The translations under genes were made by a program, and so were the position numbers. A model generated the notes under the pieces. The model saw only the letters and a list, made by a program, of their open reading frames with translations, ran no database searches and was not told the origin of the DNA. A stretch of 64,000 bases of DNA from Paraspadella gotoi (taxonomy: Eukaryota > Animalia > Chaetognatha), in contig CM119263.1 in the NCBI GenBank assembly GCA_051294375.1, positions 6,048,932-6,112,931 on the forward strand, written 5' to 3'. Within the stretch, counting starts at the first letter, position 1. Each line of letters opens with the position of its first letter. Below are positions 39,691-52,400 of the stretch, piece by piece.

Positions 39691-41972
39691 ATGTCTCTGT
39701 GGACATTGAGGGTGCGTGTCCTCGGTCATTTCTACGCCTTTAAAGACGCGGCCAGCGAATTGGCGAAACAAATCTACGAGGAAACCAAGAATGTCTGGAG
39801 CTTCGACCACGGGCCGGACTGCTCTAAAAAATCCGAACAACTGAGCAACGGCGAACTAAGAAAAACAAAAGGACAGTTGATTCGACTCAGCGGAACAGTG
39901 TGCGGGATCGAGTTTTGCTACGCCGCCGAAACAGGTTGAAAAAAGGAATCGTAACGATCGTAAACTGTTAACGTATGGATAATAATAATAATAATAATAA
40001 TAATAATGTTAATGATAATTATTTCAGTTCATGCGATAATTTAATTAAATAAAATAAATAAATAAAATTAAATGGGCCACAATCAACTTACCAATTTCAT
40101 AACCCCCGTCCAGCCTTCGTCAGCCCTATCCTACTCAACATCGGCGTCCCAGTTTACCTCATGACCCTCGTCTGGTGTCTCTCTCCGATCCTTGGCTTCT
40201 TCCTCGGGCCTCTCCTCGGATCCCTAAGCGACAACTGCCGCCTCCGATTCGGTCGTCGACGCCCCTTCATCCTCCTCTACTCCTTGGGCATCTTGGCCGG
40301 TCTCATCCTCGTGCCGCGCGGGTCGGGGCTGGGCGTGGCCCTCGGCGACGTCGAATCCTCGTCAATTCTTCGTCGACCCTCGTCAAAGGCGGAGATCCTC
40401 CACGCCTCAGTCTCAAAGGCTCACCTCCGCTGGAACGACACGTTCGTCGACGAGACGTTCGACGGCAACGCCTCCTCCGCAACTCTTAAGGAAGCGCCGC
40501 CGCTCTCCTCTCGACCATGGGGCACAGCCCTCACAATCTTGGGAGTGATGTTGCTGGATTTTTGCTGCGACTGCTGTCAATCCCCCAGCCGCACTTACTT
40601 GCTGGACATGACTGCGCCGGAGGAACATCAAGAAGGTCTCTCTACTTTCACCATCATGGCCGGCGTCGGCGGGGCCATTGGATACGTTATGGGCGGCGTC
40701 GATTGGGAGGCCGCCGGCGTCTTTTCTCGCGGCGTCGCCGCCGACGAAGCCATCGGCGGCCACGTTTTCGGCTTGGTCCTCTTCGCTTATCTGGTTTGTC
40801 TGACGGTCACGGTAACGGCGTTCGAAGAAGTTCCCTTAGAGGATGTCGTCGTCTTTGAAGAGCACATTGAGCTCAAAGAAGAAATGAAGCAAACTCGGCT
40901 CTTGAAGGACATCCTGGAGGAAGAGTCAAGCTGTTCGTCCCCGAGTGAGACGACGCCGGAAGACGAAGGAGCAAAGGCGCAAGAATTCGGCGTCTTTGGA
41001 GAGCGCAATGCCGGCGCCGTTTCGGTTGACGTTTTCCAAGGAGAAATTCGTCGTCCTTCGACGATCGTAATCGATCCTGGACAGACGAGTGGACTCTCTC
41101 TCGACCGACAGACCCGAGCGTCGGAATCCTTGAATCCGAAATACGATTCCACTTCGGCGTTCAACGACGAAAATCGCGACGGCGCCGAAACGAATCACGA
41201 ATCTACGCCGCAAACGAAAAACGTCACACACGCTGGCGTCACTCGTCGCCCCTCACTCGCCTCTTCTCTCTCGGCCCCGATCCAAGATATAACCCTTAAG
41301 ACTTACCTGCTCAGCATCTTCCACCTCCCCACCTCTCTCCGCGTTCTCTGTCTCACCAACCTCCTCAGTTGGATGTCGCTCGTCAGCTTCAGTCTTTACT
41401 TCACCGACTTTGTCGGTCAGTCTGTCTTCGGCGGCGATCCCAGCGCCCCGCGGCACAGTCCTGCCCGCGACGCCTACGAATCCGGCGTCCGGACGGGCTC
41501 CTTGGCGATGGCGCTCTACTCGATCTCCTGCTCGATCTTCTCGTCCCGACTGGAAGGTCTCATAGAACGATTCGGCGCCCGACGCCTCTACGTTCGCGGC
41601 CAGCTCATCTACGCGGCGGGAGCCTTGCTCATGGCGCTTTTCCCTTACCGCGCGTCGGTGTTTCTTCTCTCGCCAACGGCCGGAGTCATGTACGGAACTC
41701 TTTTTACGATTCCCTACATCCTCCTGGCCAATTATCACTCCCGCGGGGTTTTCGAGGTAAAGAAAGGGGCAGGGCCGGCGCCCAAGCGCGGGCTGGGGAC
41801 CGACGTAGCGCTCGTGTCGTCTATGGTCTTCGTCGCTCAGTTTCTTCTCTCCGCATTTATGGGCGTCGCCGTCCACGTGACCGGAAGTACGAGGACGGTG
41901 ATGGGTATGGCGTCGATCTGCGCCGCGGCAGGATCCTTCGCCGCCACCAAGGTTTTGTACCTAGACTTGTAA
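39691..41972 (+). CDS. SLC45-family (MATP / proton-associated sugar transporter-like) MFS transporter
   Basis: Exons 39691-39934 and 40114-41972 join to GIEFCYAAETAFVSPILL; also GSLSDNCRLRFGRRRPFIL, LLDFCCDCCQSPSRTYLLD, LYFTDFVGQSVFGGDP, RGLGTDVA. Confidence 0.93.
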
Positions 41973-42319
41973 ATCTATGCCATCTTACCATCGCAGGAAA
42001 TGGACCAGTAGAGGGATCTGATAGACCAAATGGTTTGCCAACTTCTTTGTCCTGGTAACAGTTATTATCAGAAAAAAAATATTTGGGTGCGTCCGAAAAG
42101 ACTAGTCGATACATTTCGATTTCATTCAAATTTTAACTCGTCATAATTCCTAATTGTAATTATAATTATTACTTTAGCGATTCATATTAATAGTTTCCAT
42201 AACACTTACACATCATTTATAAAACCATATTTATCCCTAGTAGTGAAAACAAACCAAATTAAAATTTATATAAGAAGTTAATTCTGCAGTTTTAGGAGTT
42301 GACAATAAATCTTTAAAGG

Positions 42320-43891
42320 ATGTCGCAGATTAATAATTCGACTTCGAAATCAACCAAAGCGCCCATCGCGAAGATCGAATTGACGTCGCCCACGTCACCC
42401 ACGGCCGCTTCCGTCGACGCGTCGACGACTTCCGCTTTGGCGCCGCCACCCGACGCCGCTCAGTCCGCCTCCGCCTCTCAAGACGTTGTCCGCCTCAAGC
42501 GAGAGGTGGGTCTTCTGGAGGGCGTATCAATCGTGACGGGGGTCATCATCGGCTCTGGCATCTTCGTGTCTCCAGTGGGCGTGGTCCGTAACGTCGGTTC
42601 CATCGGCGTCAGTCTCCTCGTGTGGGCGTGGTGCGGCTTGTCGTCAACGCTGCTGGCTTTATGCTACGCGGAGATCGGGACGCTGATTCCGCGGTCGGGC
42701 GGCGAATACGCCTACGTGCGGGAGATCTTCGGCCCTGGACCGGCGTTTCTTGTGCTGTGGATGAACGTGGCGCTTTTAGCGCCGGTCACCGTTGCCGTTT
42801 CTGGCACTGTCTTCGCCACCTACGTCGTCAAACCCCTGTTTCCGGAATGTCAAGCGCCGGAACTCGCCGTCAAACTTCTCGCCGGCGCCGTTATACTCGT
42901 CGCCGCCGTCATAAACGCAAGCGGCGTCAAGTTCGCCACCAAAATCCAGATCTTCTTTGCCGGCTGCAAATTGACGGCGCTCTCGGTCGTCGTCGGCACC
43001 GGCGTCTATGGATTCGTCGTCGGTGATGGCCCCGCCCACTTCGAAGATCCTTGGAGAGATTCGTCCACGGATCCCGGCGGCGTCGCGGTGGCGATTCTCT
43101 CGGGGTTCTGGGCCTTCGGGGGATGGAACTATCTCAACTTTTTGACGGGGGAATTGAAGCGTCCCGAGCGCGACCTCCCACTCTCGATTCTCCTCGGAAT
43201 GGCCGTCGTCACTACCTTCTACCTCCTCGTCAACGCCGCCTACTTCGCGGTGCTGCTGCCCGACGAGATGCTCGAGTCGGCCGCCGTCGCCGTAACCTTC
43301 GCCGAGAAGGCTCGTCTTCCCGGCGGCGCCCTTTTGACGCCGCTCTTCGTCTCGGCCTCTGTCTTCGGCGCCATGAACGGGCAAGTTCTCGGGTCTTCCC
43401 GGGTTTACGTGGAGGGCGCCAGCGACGGACAACTGCCTCGGGTGGTCGCGATGATATCGACGGGCCGCTTAACACCGGCGCCGGCCGTCTGCCTCATCGC
43501 CGTCCTGGCGGCGCTGCTCATGACTTTCTTCGATGTCTTCATCCTCATCAGTTATTTCGGACTCGTTTCCTGCCTGATGATTTTCGCCACGCTGATGGGG
43601 CTGCTGCGGCTGCGGCTGGGAAAGTCGCCGACGATTCCTTCGGCTGTCCGCACGCCGCTGCTGCTGCCGGTTTTGCTATTGGTTTACGTGGGAGCCCTCA
43701 TCGGTCTGACCGTGCACCGGCAGTTTTGGGACAGCGTGGCGGGTATGTGCGTGCTGGCGTCCGGGGTGCCCGTGTACGCGTTGTTCGTGTCAAGAACAAA
43801 TCCTCATTTGGAAAGAATAGGAAGAAGAATCACGACGTTGTTGCAAAAGTTGTTGATGGTTGTCGAGCAAGAGGATGAAAAAAGGGAATAA
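42320..43891 (+). CDS. SLC7 L-type/heteromeric amino-acid transporter light chain, intronless
   Basis: LKREVGLLEGVSIVTGVIIGSGIFVSP, YAEIGTLIPRSGGEYAY, extracellular Cys in FPECQAP, GGWNYLNFLTGELKRPERDLP; about 12 TM segments. Confidence 0.93.
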   Translation: MSQINNSTSKSTKAPIAKIELTSPTSPTAASVDASTTSALAPPPDAAQSASASQDVVRLKREVGLLEGVSIVTGVIIGSGIFVSPVGVVRNVGSIGVSLLVWAWCGLSSTLLALCYAEIGTLIPRSGGEYAYVREIFGPGPAFLVLWMNVALLAPVTVAVSGTVFATYVVKPLFPECQAPELAVKLLAGAVILVAAVINASGVKFATKIQIFFAGCKLTALSVVVGTGVYGFVVGDGPAHFEDPWRDSSTDPGGVAVAILSGFWAFGGWNYLNFLTGELKRPERDLPLSILLGMAVVTTFYLLVNAAYFAVLLPDEMLESAAVAVTFAEKARLPGGALLTPLFVSASVFGAMNGQVLGSSRVYVEGASDGQLPRVVAMISTGRLTPAPAVCLIAVLAALLMTFFDVFILISYFGLVSCLMIFATLMGLLRLRLGKSPTIPSAVRTPLLLPVLLLVYVGALIGLTVHRQFWDSVAGMCVLASGVPVYALFVSRTNPHLERIGRRITTLLQKLLMVVEQEDEKRE

Positions 43892-45693
43892 ACTGTACGT
43901 AAAACTTTAACGCAGCTCAAAAAGCTCTCCATTTGGCATTATGGTTTAGCCGGCTCTTCGATATCGTGTATTAATCGTCATTAAAATAAAGCAACCGTCG
44001 TAAAATATATAACTTGAAATTACTTTTCACTTATATTAGTTATGTTGAAAGCAAGTGAATATATTTAGTCTTTACTCTAAATGTTCTTTTTCTTTGTATA
44101 TAATTATAATAAAATATATTTTTATATCGTTTTGTTGTGTGTGCGCAATAAATTTTGAATATTAAACCGCGTTTTTTCTTGAAAAAAAAAACACGAGGTT
44201 TTCATACGTAATTATGGATTGCTCAATGCTCAATGATCAATGATCAACTTGATGTTTTTATCTCCGACTCTTTGATAGTCTCTCTCACTTTCCGTCACTT
44301 TTTGTTTCGCGAGCGGTCTGAAAATCCGGATCAAACCCGCCGTAACCAGCCAACGATTTCAATTATAACATGCGCTGAAAACAAAGTAGCATTTACGTAA
44401 CGATAGTCGAAGAATAGGCCTTGAATAAAGAACTTAACCCGATTTCTTTTAAAGGATTGAGAAAACCTTCCTCTTCATAATTTCTATTATTTTAATATGA
44501 CATTTTGAATTCCAGTTTGACATCCGGCATAGTTTCTGTAACATCTAGACTCAAGGGTGAAACAAAAAAATTGTGGGTCCTCATCTAAAGTCTATTCTTA
44601 TGCCTCCGGTCATCATCCGTCGAGATGCTTTTTCTCAGCTCGAAAAGCAAAACTGGCCGTTTCTGGTTTTCAAAAACTCGAAACTCGAAAGTCTCGGGTT
44701 GAGGAGAGAAAAAAAAAAAAACATTTCGGTTATTCACCCCACCCTCTGTCTGAATGTATCTTGGTAAAATAATGTTCAGTCGACTGTAAACGTGCGTGTG
44801 AACGGTCAACTTTCTCATGCTCACAAAAAATCATTCGTATTGAGGAGAAATAATGAAAAGTGAGTTGGAGGAAAGAAACTCAATTTTAACTTCTCCGGTT
44901 AAGACTTTATTCGCCAGTGCAAATTCTACTTTGAATCTTTGAATCTGATTATGTAAAAATTCGATACGAAGTTCAGGTATTCTTCATGAAACGGATCTCA
45001 TAGTCTTTATCTGATATGTATAATTGATACTTAAGGATCTCATAGTCTTTATCTGATATGTATAATTGATACTTTTCATACAATTGAAACATTCTTAGAA
45101 ATATTATACCACTTCATTGATAGGGAAGATAGGTACTCTGGGAGTGAATAAATGAGACTGTGTGAGTCTTGATTGAAAGCTTAGGACCTGTGAGGTCATT
45201 ATCTTGTAAGAATGATGGAGACAAATCACCAAAGTCTGTCCAAAGTCAGGGGCAAGAAAGCTTATTTATTAAATAATGAATAATTTTATTTTTGTTGTAC
45301 CAATTTCATAAAAAGCTGTATTTCGCGATAACTAATATATTGTAAGATTAATTTAAAAAAAAGTAGGATGAGCGAGCGAAACATATGCAATACTTTCAAT
45401 TTAAATTTACTTTAAATTTAGAATAAAGGTTAATTATTAAAAAAGGCGAATCGTCAAAGCGCTATTTTGATATCGTTTTTCATGAGGTAGAAAAATAGAA
45501 AATAATAGTACTCTTCCAGCCGTGGTCATATTACCTAATACGGACTTGGTGCTAATATCGATCAAGGTCACAAGTGAAAAATATGTCATTGACTGAAATA
45601 GGAAAGATCGCGACGCACTTTCCTCCCACCTTCGAACCTTGAATCGCAAGGTCGCAGTCTTGCCTTGTGATCCTTAACCGCCGACGCAGTAGA

Positions 45694-45805
<112 letters not shown>

Positions 45806-45821
45806 ATCCGTTTCGGATTCC

Positions 45822-45828
45822 TATAAAA
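45822..45828 (+). promoter_or_regulatory. candidate TATA box of the creatinase gene
   Basis: TATAAAA just after a (CT)n tract, followed by a plausible 5'UTR exon ending CAG|GTAAGG (45988) and an acceptor at 46199. Confidence 0.4.
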
Positions 45829-46282
45829 AGGAAGCCCTTCACGAATCCCCTAAAACATTTTTCGCCAATTTCATCTTCGAAATAATCCTGGCTGAATACC
45901 TTCAACGTCTGTGGCCGTTAAGTCGAATGACGTTGCCTTGGACATCCAACATCTTCTGGACTTGGTCGGTGGGCGTTACTTGAACCAGGTAAGGTTTGTT
46001 AAATGTCCAAATTTAGTTAATGAGTGGTCAAAATATCAACTCCCATGCAGTTTCAAACTATCAAACTACGAATTACAACGAGAGTTTACGTCCAACATTA
46101 AATCTTTTTCGTATCTTTTTTTAAATTCTAAATTTAATGAATTTGGTACAATGACATTCAAGTTAATTATGTACTGTTTCCCTCTCTCATTATGCGCAGC
46201 TCCCTGACATTTTTCCAAAAATATTTACCTCGGAACATCAAAAAAAAAATCCCTCGACCTGAATCACAACCCGACGCTAAAA

Positions 46283-48692
46283 ATGTTGAGCAAATTGAGC
46301 ATGAGGTCCTTTCGCGCCTCCGAAATGATACTGAGCGCCGGGCGCCTCGCCGCGGCGTCGAATGCCGGAAACGCGCGCGGGTTCCGGTCGACGAAAGGCC
46401 GGGAATTTGGGAAAGATCCGGCGAAGAGCGTTCTGGCCGCAGCGCTCAAGGTGGACCACAAAGACGCGCAGCCGGATCTGCCTTATTTTGTCGACATGCG
46501 GCAGGGAGAAAAGGTGACCAACCAATTAAAAAAAATATTATATTTTGATTTCAATTTATTCATTTTTCTTTCCAAATTCTAGGAAAAACAAACTTTCAGC
46601 AAAGAGGAAATGGATCGTCGGTTAATGATGCTGCGCGGATTCATGGCCTCTCAGGTAAACTTTTACCACCATTAAAACTACAAATCAAAACGTTCAATTA
46701 AAACGAGACCTATTTCACGAGAATGCTTGGTCCTCAGGGTATCGGCGCCTGCTTGTTCACCTCCTTTCACAACATCAAATACTTTTCCGATTTTCTCTAC
46801 TGCGCCTTCGGTCGACCCTACGCTCTCGTGGTCACTCTCGAAGATTCGATCACAGTTTCCGCCGGTAATATTACTATCTAGCAAGCTTAACTTTGAATTA
46901 TACAATCTTTCCACAATGAATTTTATAAAATTGGGGAAACTTTTGCATTGGTAAAACTTTTTCAGCCATCGACGGAGGTCAACCCTGGCGCAAAACCTAC
47001 GGCAACAACGTGACTTACACCGACTGGGAAAAGGACAACTTCTTCCGCGCCCTCAAGTGCCTCGTCGAGAGGGTCCCTGGAAAGAGGGTCGGCTTCGAAC
47101 TCGACTCCCTCCCCGTCGCTCAGCACAAAAAGATCGACGAGTTCATGCCTTTCATTAAAAAGGTTTGTTCATTTGTTCGTTAATATTCTTAAAATTTTAA
47201 TAGAAATAATCTCTTTATATTTCTCAAGGTCGATGTCAGCGACGCGACAACAAGATTACGTATGTTTAAATCACCCGAAGAGATACAGGTAAATAAATTA
47301 GCTCATATTTCTTTGCTTCTAAGATTCATTTCATTCACGACGTCGTTGACCATTTGTTTTTTTTTATGTAAGGTGATTCGCGACGGTGCTGCCGCGGCGG
47401 ATGTCGGAGGATACGAGTCTATCTCGGCTTTAGAGGAAGGAAAGTCGGAATGGGAAGTGGCGCGACAGATCACAGATGTGATGGTCCGCCACATCGCCGA
47501 GAAATATCCGCACACCGAGTTGATGGACAGTAAGTGTTGGGCTGTGACATAATAGACATAATTACTGTGTATTATAATTTTATTAGGGTTGTTACACTAA
47601 ATAGTTATAGAGAGCTACAAATTCCTTTGTTTTGTTCTCTTAATCTAATTTTAACACTTCAATTACCGCTATTTTATTCAGCGTGGACCTGGTTTCAGAG
47701 TGGAATCAACACCGACGGAGCTCACAATCCCCTCACAACCAGAAAAATTCAAAGCGGAGACATTTTAAGTCTCAACGCCTTTCCAATGATTTCCGGGTAA
47801 ATATTTATGTTTATTTTATTATCGACTTCCGTTGCTTGCGGTGATGTCTCCGTATTTTAAACATATATTCCCTTTGGATCCTCCCTGTCAAGATACTACA
47901 CCGCCCTAGAGCGCACCATGTTCCTCAACCACTGCTCCGACGCCCACCTTCGCTTCTGGGAGGCCAACGTGGCCGTGCATCGTCGAGGCCTCGAGCTCAT
48001 CAAGCCGGGCGTCCGGTGCTGCGACATCGCCGCTGAGCTCAACGATCTCTTCCGAAGTTTCGACCTCCTGCGCTATCGCAGTTTCGGCTACGGACACTCT
48101 TTCGGCGTTCTTTCTCACTACTACGGCAGGGAGGCGGGTGAGTCCCAAGATAGGGTGAGATAATTTGGGCTTTTTTGGCTTTAACCTAAAATTTATATAA
48201 ATATTTGTTCAAATTTTATTTCTTTATTTTTTTATTTTATCTTCATTTCTCATTAAGGGTCTGTAATCGCGCATTCGTTTTGAATGAATCAAGAAAGTTT
48301 ATCCTTTTTTAGTCGAGAATCTTTTCATTTTATACTCTTTACCTTTAACTCTCCTTGCCTATTTTCGCTCTAAAATATTTAAAAAAAAAGAAAAATAATA
48401 GCTACGAAAAATAGAAACCATCGAAACAAAATGAACCAAAAAACGCAGAATCAGTCACGAATATTAAATTTAAAAATCTATTCCCTTCGCAGAACTGGAA
48501 ATTCGAGAGGACATCGAAACGGTGTTGCAGCCGGGTATGGTGGTCTCCATGGAGCCCATGATCATGATCCCCGAAGGGACTCTGGGCGCGGGCGGATATC
48601 GCGAGCACGACATCCTGGTCGTCACCGAGGACGGGAGCGAAAACATCACCAAGTTTCCCTTCGGACCCGAACACAACATAATCGTCAAGTGA
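46283..48692 (+). CDS. creatinase (creatine amidinohydrolase, M24 fold), 467 aa, 9 coding exons
   Basis: Exons 46283-46513, 46583-46654, 46738-46864, 46966-47162, 47229-47288, 47373-47529, 47682-47796, 47893-48137, 48493-48692 splice in frame. Motifs FLYCAFGRPYALVV, IDGGQPWR, WFQSGINTDGAHNP, GYYTALERT, GHSFGVLSHYYGREA, MEPMIMIPEG, GGYREHDIL, FPFGPEHNII. Confidence 0.95.
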
Positions 48693-48979
48693 AAACGAGA
48701 TGGAGGCGTGATTAGTGATTACGATACGGACCAGAAATAAGTTTTACAATTGTTTGTTTGTTTGTTTGATCATTGATTTTTCATTTTGATTTATCGTTGC
48801 ATTGACATTGTTTATTATATTCATTCGATCTTTAATTTACATCAGAAAACCTTTGAATAATAAAAAAAAAATATTGTAAACACCAAACTCTTGATTTATT
48901 GTAACATAAGTCACGTAACATAATCCGCAAGCGTCGTATTTTTTTTCTCTGTACGAAAACGAATCTGTCCTTATCGAGG

Positions 48980-49590
48980 TCACGAAAAAGTTAGGAACAA
49001 AAAATACGTCGCCAAGGAAACCGACGCAGTAAACGACGAAGATTTGGACCAATCGCGATCAGTCATTCTGTCCGCTCCGTTGCAAAGATTCGTGGTGCAA
49101 TAGCAACTTCTGTAGTCCTAAGATAGTTTTCATCGGATAATTCATCAGAATGGCATTTATAATAATCAAGGCCTCAACCTCTTTATCACTCCCCAACTCT
49201 GCGATGTAGATGTAAGCGCAGTCTTCGAAAGCTCGGTCGGAACACCCTCTTTCGAACCTGGATTTTTTTCAAGATTTTACTATCTATCAATGCTAGTAGT
49301 AGTACATTTAAAACAAAAAGCAACAATCCCAAATTCGAAAGAGTTTCACGGTTTATACATTTACAAAGCAAATCTTAGTATAACACAATCTGGTAATATT
49401 TTTGCCCTAGTAGAGAAAAAAAAATCAGTCAACTCACTGTACGTGATACTTGTTTCCTACTTTCACCGCGTAAGGAAGTTTAAAGCAGGAACGGTGAACT
49501 GGTGGTTCACATTTTTTGTACGTAACCTGAATTCCATTTCCAATATACCGTTAAAAGACAAGTCAGCGACATAGCAAAAACTTCAATTTT
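48980..49590 (-). CDS. Ly6/uPAR three-finger (quiver-like) GPI-anchored protein; 5' end uncertain
   Basis: Exons ..49450, 49257-49179, 49117-48980 give KKCEPPVHRSCFK..FERGCSDRAFEDC..RSCYCTTNLCNGA plus hydrophobic tail SLATYFLFLTFS*; an apparent frameshift after SLTC. Confidence 0.7.
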
Positions 49591-49628
49591 AACTTCTAAA
49601 AGAATGATCGGCCTCAATCCGACTTAAC

Positions 49629-50288
49629 GTGGTAAAAATTGAACTTCTGCGCATGCGCAAAGACTCCTTGGTAAATCCTTCTTTGGACGAAGCAGCTTTC
49701 GACCGTCAAGGCGTACGTCTCCGGCTCCCACATGTAGTCCAACGGATCGTCGGCCGGTTCCTTCTGTTCGTTCATAATCGCGTCTTGATGATAATCTCGG
49801 CGGTGGCGACGGCGAGAGGATCTCGCAAAGGGCGTTAAAAAAATGTTTGGAATTGTTTTGTTGTTTCGTCCTAACTATAAAAAAAAATATTTACAAAATT
49901 ACTTTGCGCTTTTTCGTCGCTTTCTTTCGGCGAGGCCGGTGTGATTGTTAAAAGTGTGAACGTGAGAATTCGCGCTCATCTGGCTCAAGTTTGAATGACG
50001 GTGTATCGTGTCGTCAACGCCAGACTTGAAGTCGCTCGAACAATCGTAATCGATCCGGACATCCGCGTTGGCGTCGTCGATATCGATTCCATGCCATCGA
50101 AGATTGTTGGTGAGACACAACCAAACGACAATGACGACGACGACAACTACGACGGCCAAAGTCTGAACCGCGCGTCGCTTCAGCCAAAGCCTAAACGTTC
50201 CTTCTTCGTCTCCTTTTATTTCCGTCGTTTCTGTTTCCTCCGCTAGGACATCGCGGTGAGAAAGCGGCGCACGATCGTCCAATTCCAT
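49629..50288 (-). CDS. putative membrane-anchored protein exons of unknown function
   Basis: ORF 49899-50288 has one TM segment (LAVVVVVVVIVVWLCL) after KRR; GC-rich coding-like sequence continues at ~49870-49629 (DYMWEPETYALTVESCFVQRRIY). Confidence 0.45.
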
Positions 50289-51934
50289 GTTGCTCTCAAA
50301 AGCTGCTCCTGAAGCTTGCTATCGATTACATTTTGTTAAAATAAATAAGTAAGTTATAATTGTATCAGACAGAAGTAAGGGAGTCGATAATTCAACTATT
50401 TTTCGGTTTTTGCTCTTTAGACTATGCGATTGCTGTGCTTTTGTTTTTTTTTATACTTAGAAGATTAGGCCCTCTTTTGCTACAGGTAAAAAAACCTCAG
50501 CGAAAGAAACAAACGACTTTTCGAAAAAAATTAAAATACTTAACGTCAACGTATTATTATTATTACTATTACTATTATAAATTAATCTATCTCTAGAGCG
50601 AATAAAAAAAGTATATTACGGTCCAAAAATGAGTCGAACATCTAACAAGTTTGAATAGTGCTTAACATTTTTAGGAGGCCATATGAGATAAGCCAGTTTC
50701 CATAAAACCTCAGTAATTTCATTTTAGGCTTTTGGCTTTTGGATTTTTTGGCTTTTGGGGGCGACGACCGAAGCGCCCAGAACTTTTTATAGGTAGACTG
50801 CTTTCTTGTAATTTTTAAATTCAGTTAACAACTTGGGATGTACTGTGATAATGCCATTATCACAATGGACATTGGACACTTTGTGGGAGGGGCTTACTAT
50901 ACCACGGGCGCGGGAGTTTTTTTTCAATTTCTAGGCCATGGCGACTAAGGTATCAGGGATCCAAGCTGAAATTTGCTGTGATTTAATTATTTTTCTCAAG
51001 TGGCAAGTTTTTTTTTCAAAGGAATTACTACCTTTTCTCGGAGTCTGTCCCATCTCATTCATACTATAAATATAATGAGCAATAGTTATTTCCGTCTATA
51101 GATCGAGTTTACTCTCAAATAAATTGGTAAAGGGATTTTAAAAAACCTGAGGGGTCATAGGTGTATTGTAATGTAATCATTATATAAATCAATACTTAAA
51201 TTAATAAGTACAATTGTTCGCAGACTGAGACTTCATATGTTTTGTTTACGTCGAGGGTCGATGTCATCCTTAAACCTCCTCTCGTATCTTCGTGCTCCTC
51301 GCTCATCCTCCTCTTCCTCCTCCTCCTCTACCCCCCCCTCTCTCAGAGTCCCTCTGATCTCTCGTTGCCTGATTGGATATTGTCAAACAGAAACTTGCCA
51401 TCAATGAGGCTCGCTCGTAAATTGAAAGGCCCGACTTCTAGTCAATTTCTGGCTCGACCCGAGGGAGCACGACCGGACCAAAAACCGAAAGGGGAAAGCC
51501 TCGGTTTAAAACATTATCCTTTAACGGCCTTAGCGTACAACAGTTATATTTTTACGGTACTCAAACTGTACAAAGTAAATAAGGACAATTTTAAACTTTG
51601 TGATTGTTACTCATGAATAAAAACTAATCGAAGATTGTTAAGTTTTTATTTTACACTTCTATATTATAAGGCAGCTCCATGCATTTAATCGCACTAAAAA
51701 TTGATACTTTTTGTGCTAAATGCTAATATTTATAATTCAAAATAGAATTTTACATACATGATAAATAATAAAAAAGTTAGATAAATAAAAAAAAACATTT
51801 AGTTGACAAAAGAAAATATCAAATCAAAAAAAGATCAAGCGTCATTCAGTCCCTCCGCCTTTTTTTTTTTTTTTTGTTGACAAATTACCGGTTCTCAAAC
51901 GGTCTCTTTCCCTTCTCCTCGGTCCATGCCTCCG

Positions 51935-52145
51935 TCCCTTTCCCTTTTCCCTTTTCCCTTTTCCCCTTTCCCTTCTCCCCTTTCCCTTTTCCCCTTTCCC
52001 TTCTCCCCTTTCCCTTTTCCCCTTTTCCCTTTTCCCTTTTCCCTTTTCCACTTTCGCCTTTTCCCTTTTCCCCTTTTCCCTTTCCCTTCCCCTTTCCCTT
52101 TCTTCCCCTTTCCCTTTTCCCTTTTCCCTTTGTTTCCCCTTTCCC
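51935..52145. repeat. polypyrimidine (TTCCCT/TTCCCCT)n repeat
   Basis: 6-7-bp pyrimidine units. Confidence 0.9.
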
Positions 52146-52332
52146 TAACATCCACCTTTCTCTTTTACCTTCTTCCCCATTCAGGAATTGAACTATCCAC
52201 GTCGCCGTTTGTCTCCTCCACGTTTCCACAGGCAAAAGACCATCGTCTCATAGAAATCCAATCTCTACTTTGTCTCGAACCTCTTATCCACCCCCGCCTC
52301 CCCCAACCCTCTTCTGGCCACGCCCCACCCCC

Positions 52333-52400
<68 letters not shown>

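Noticed and set aside
40175-43878. Many overlapping alternative-frame and antisense ORFs
   Set aside because: Shadow ORFs of the GC-rich SLC45 and SLC7 exons.
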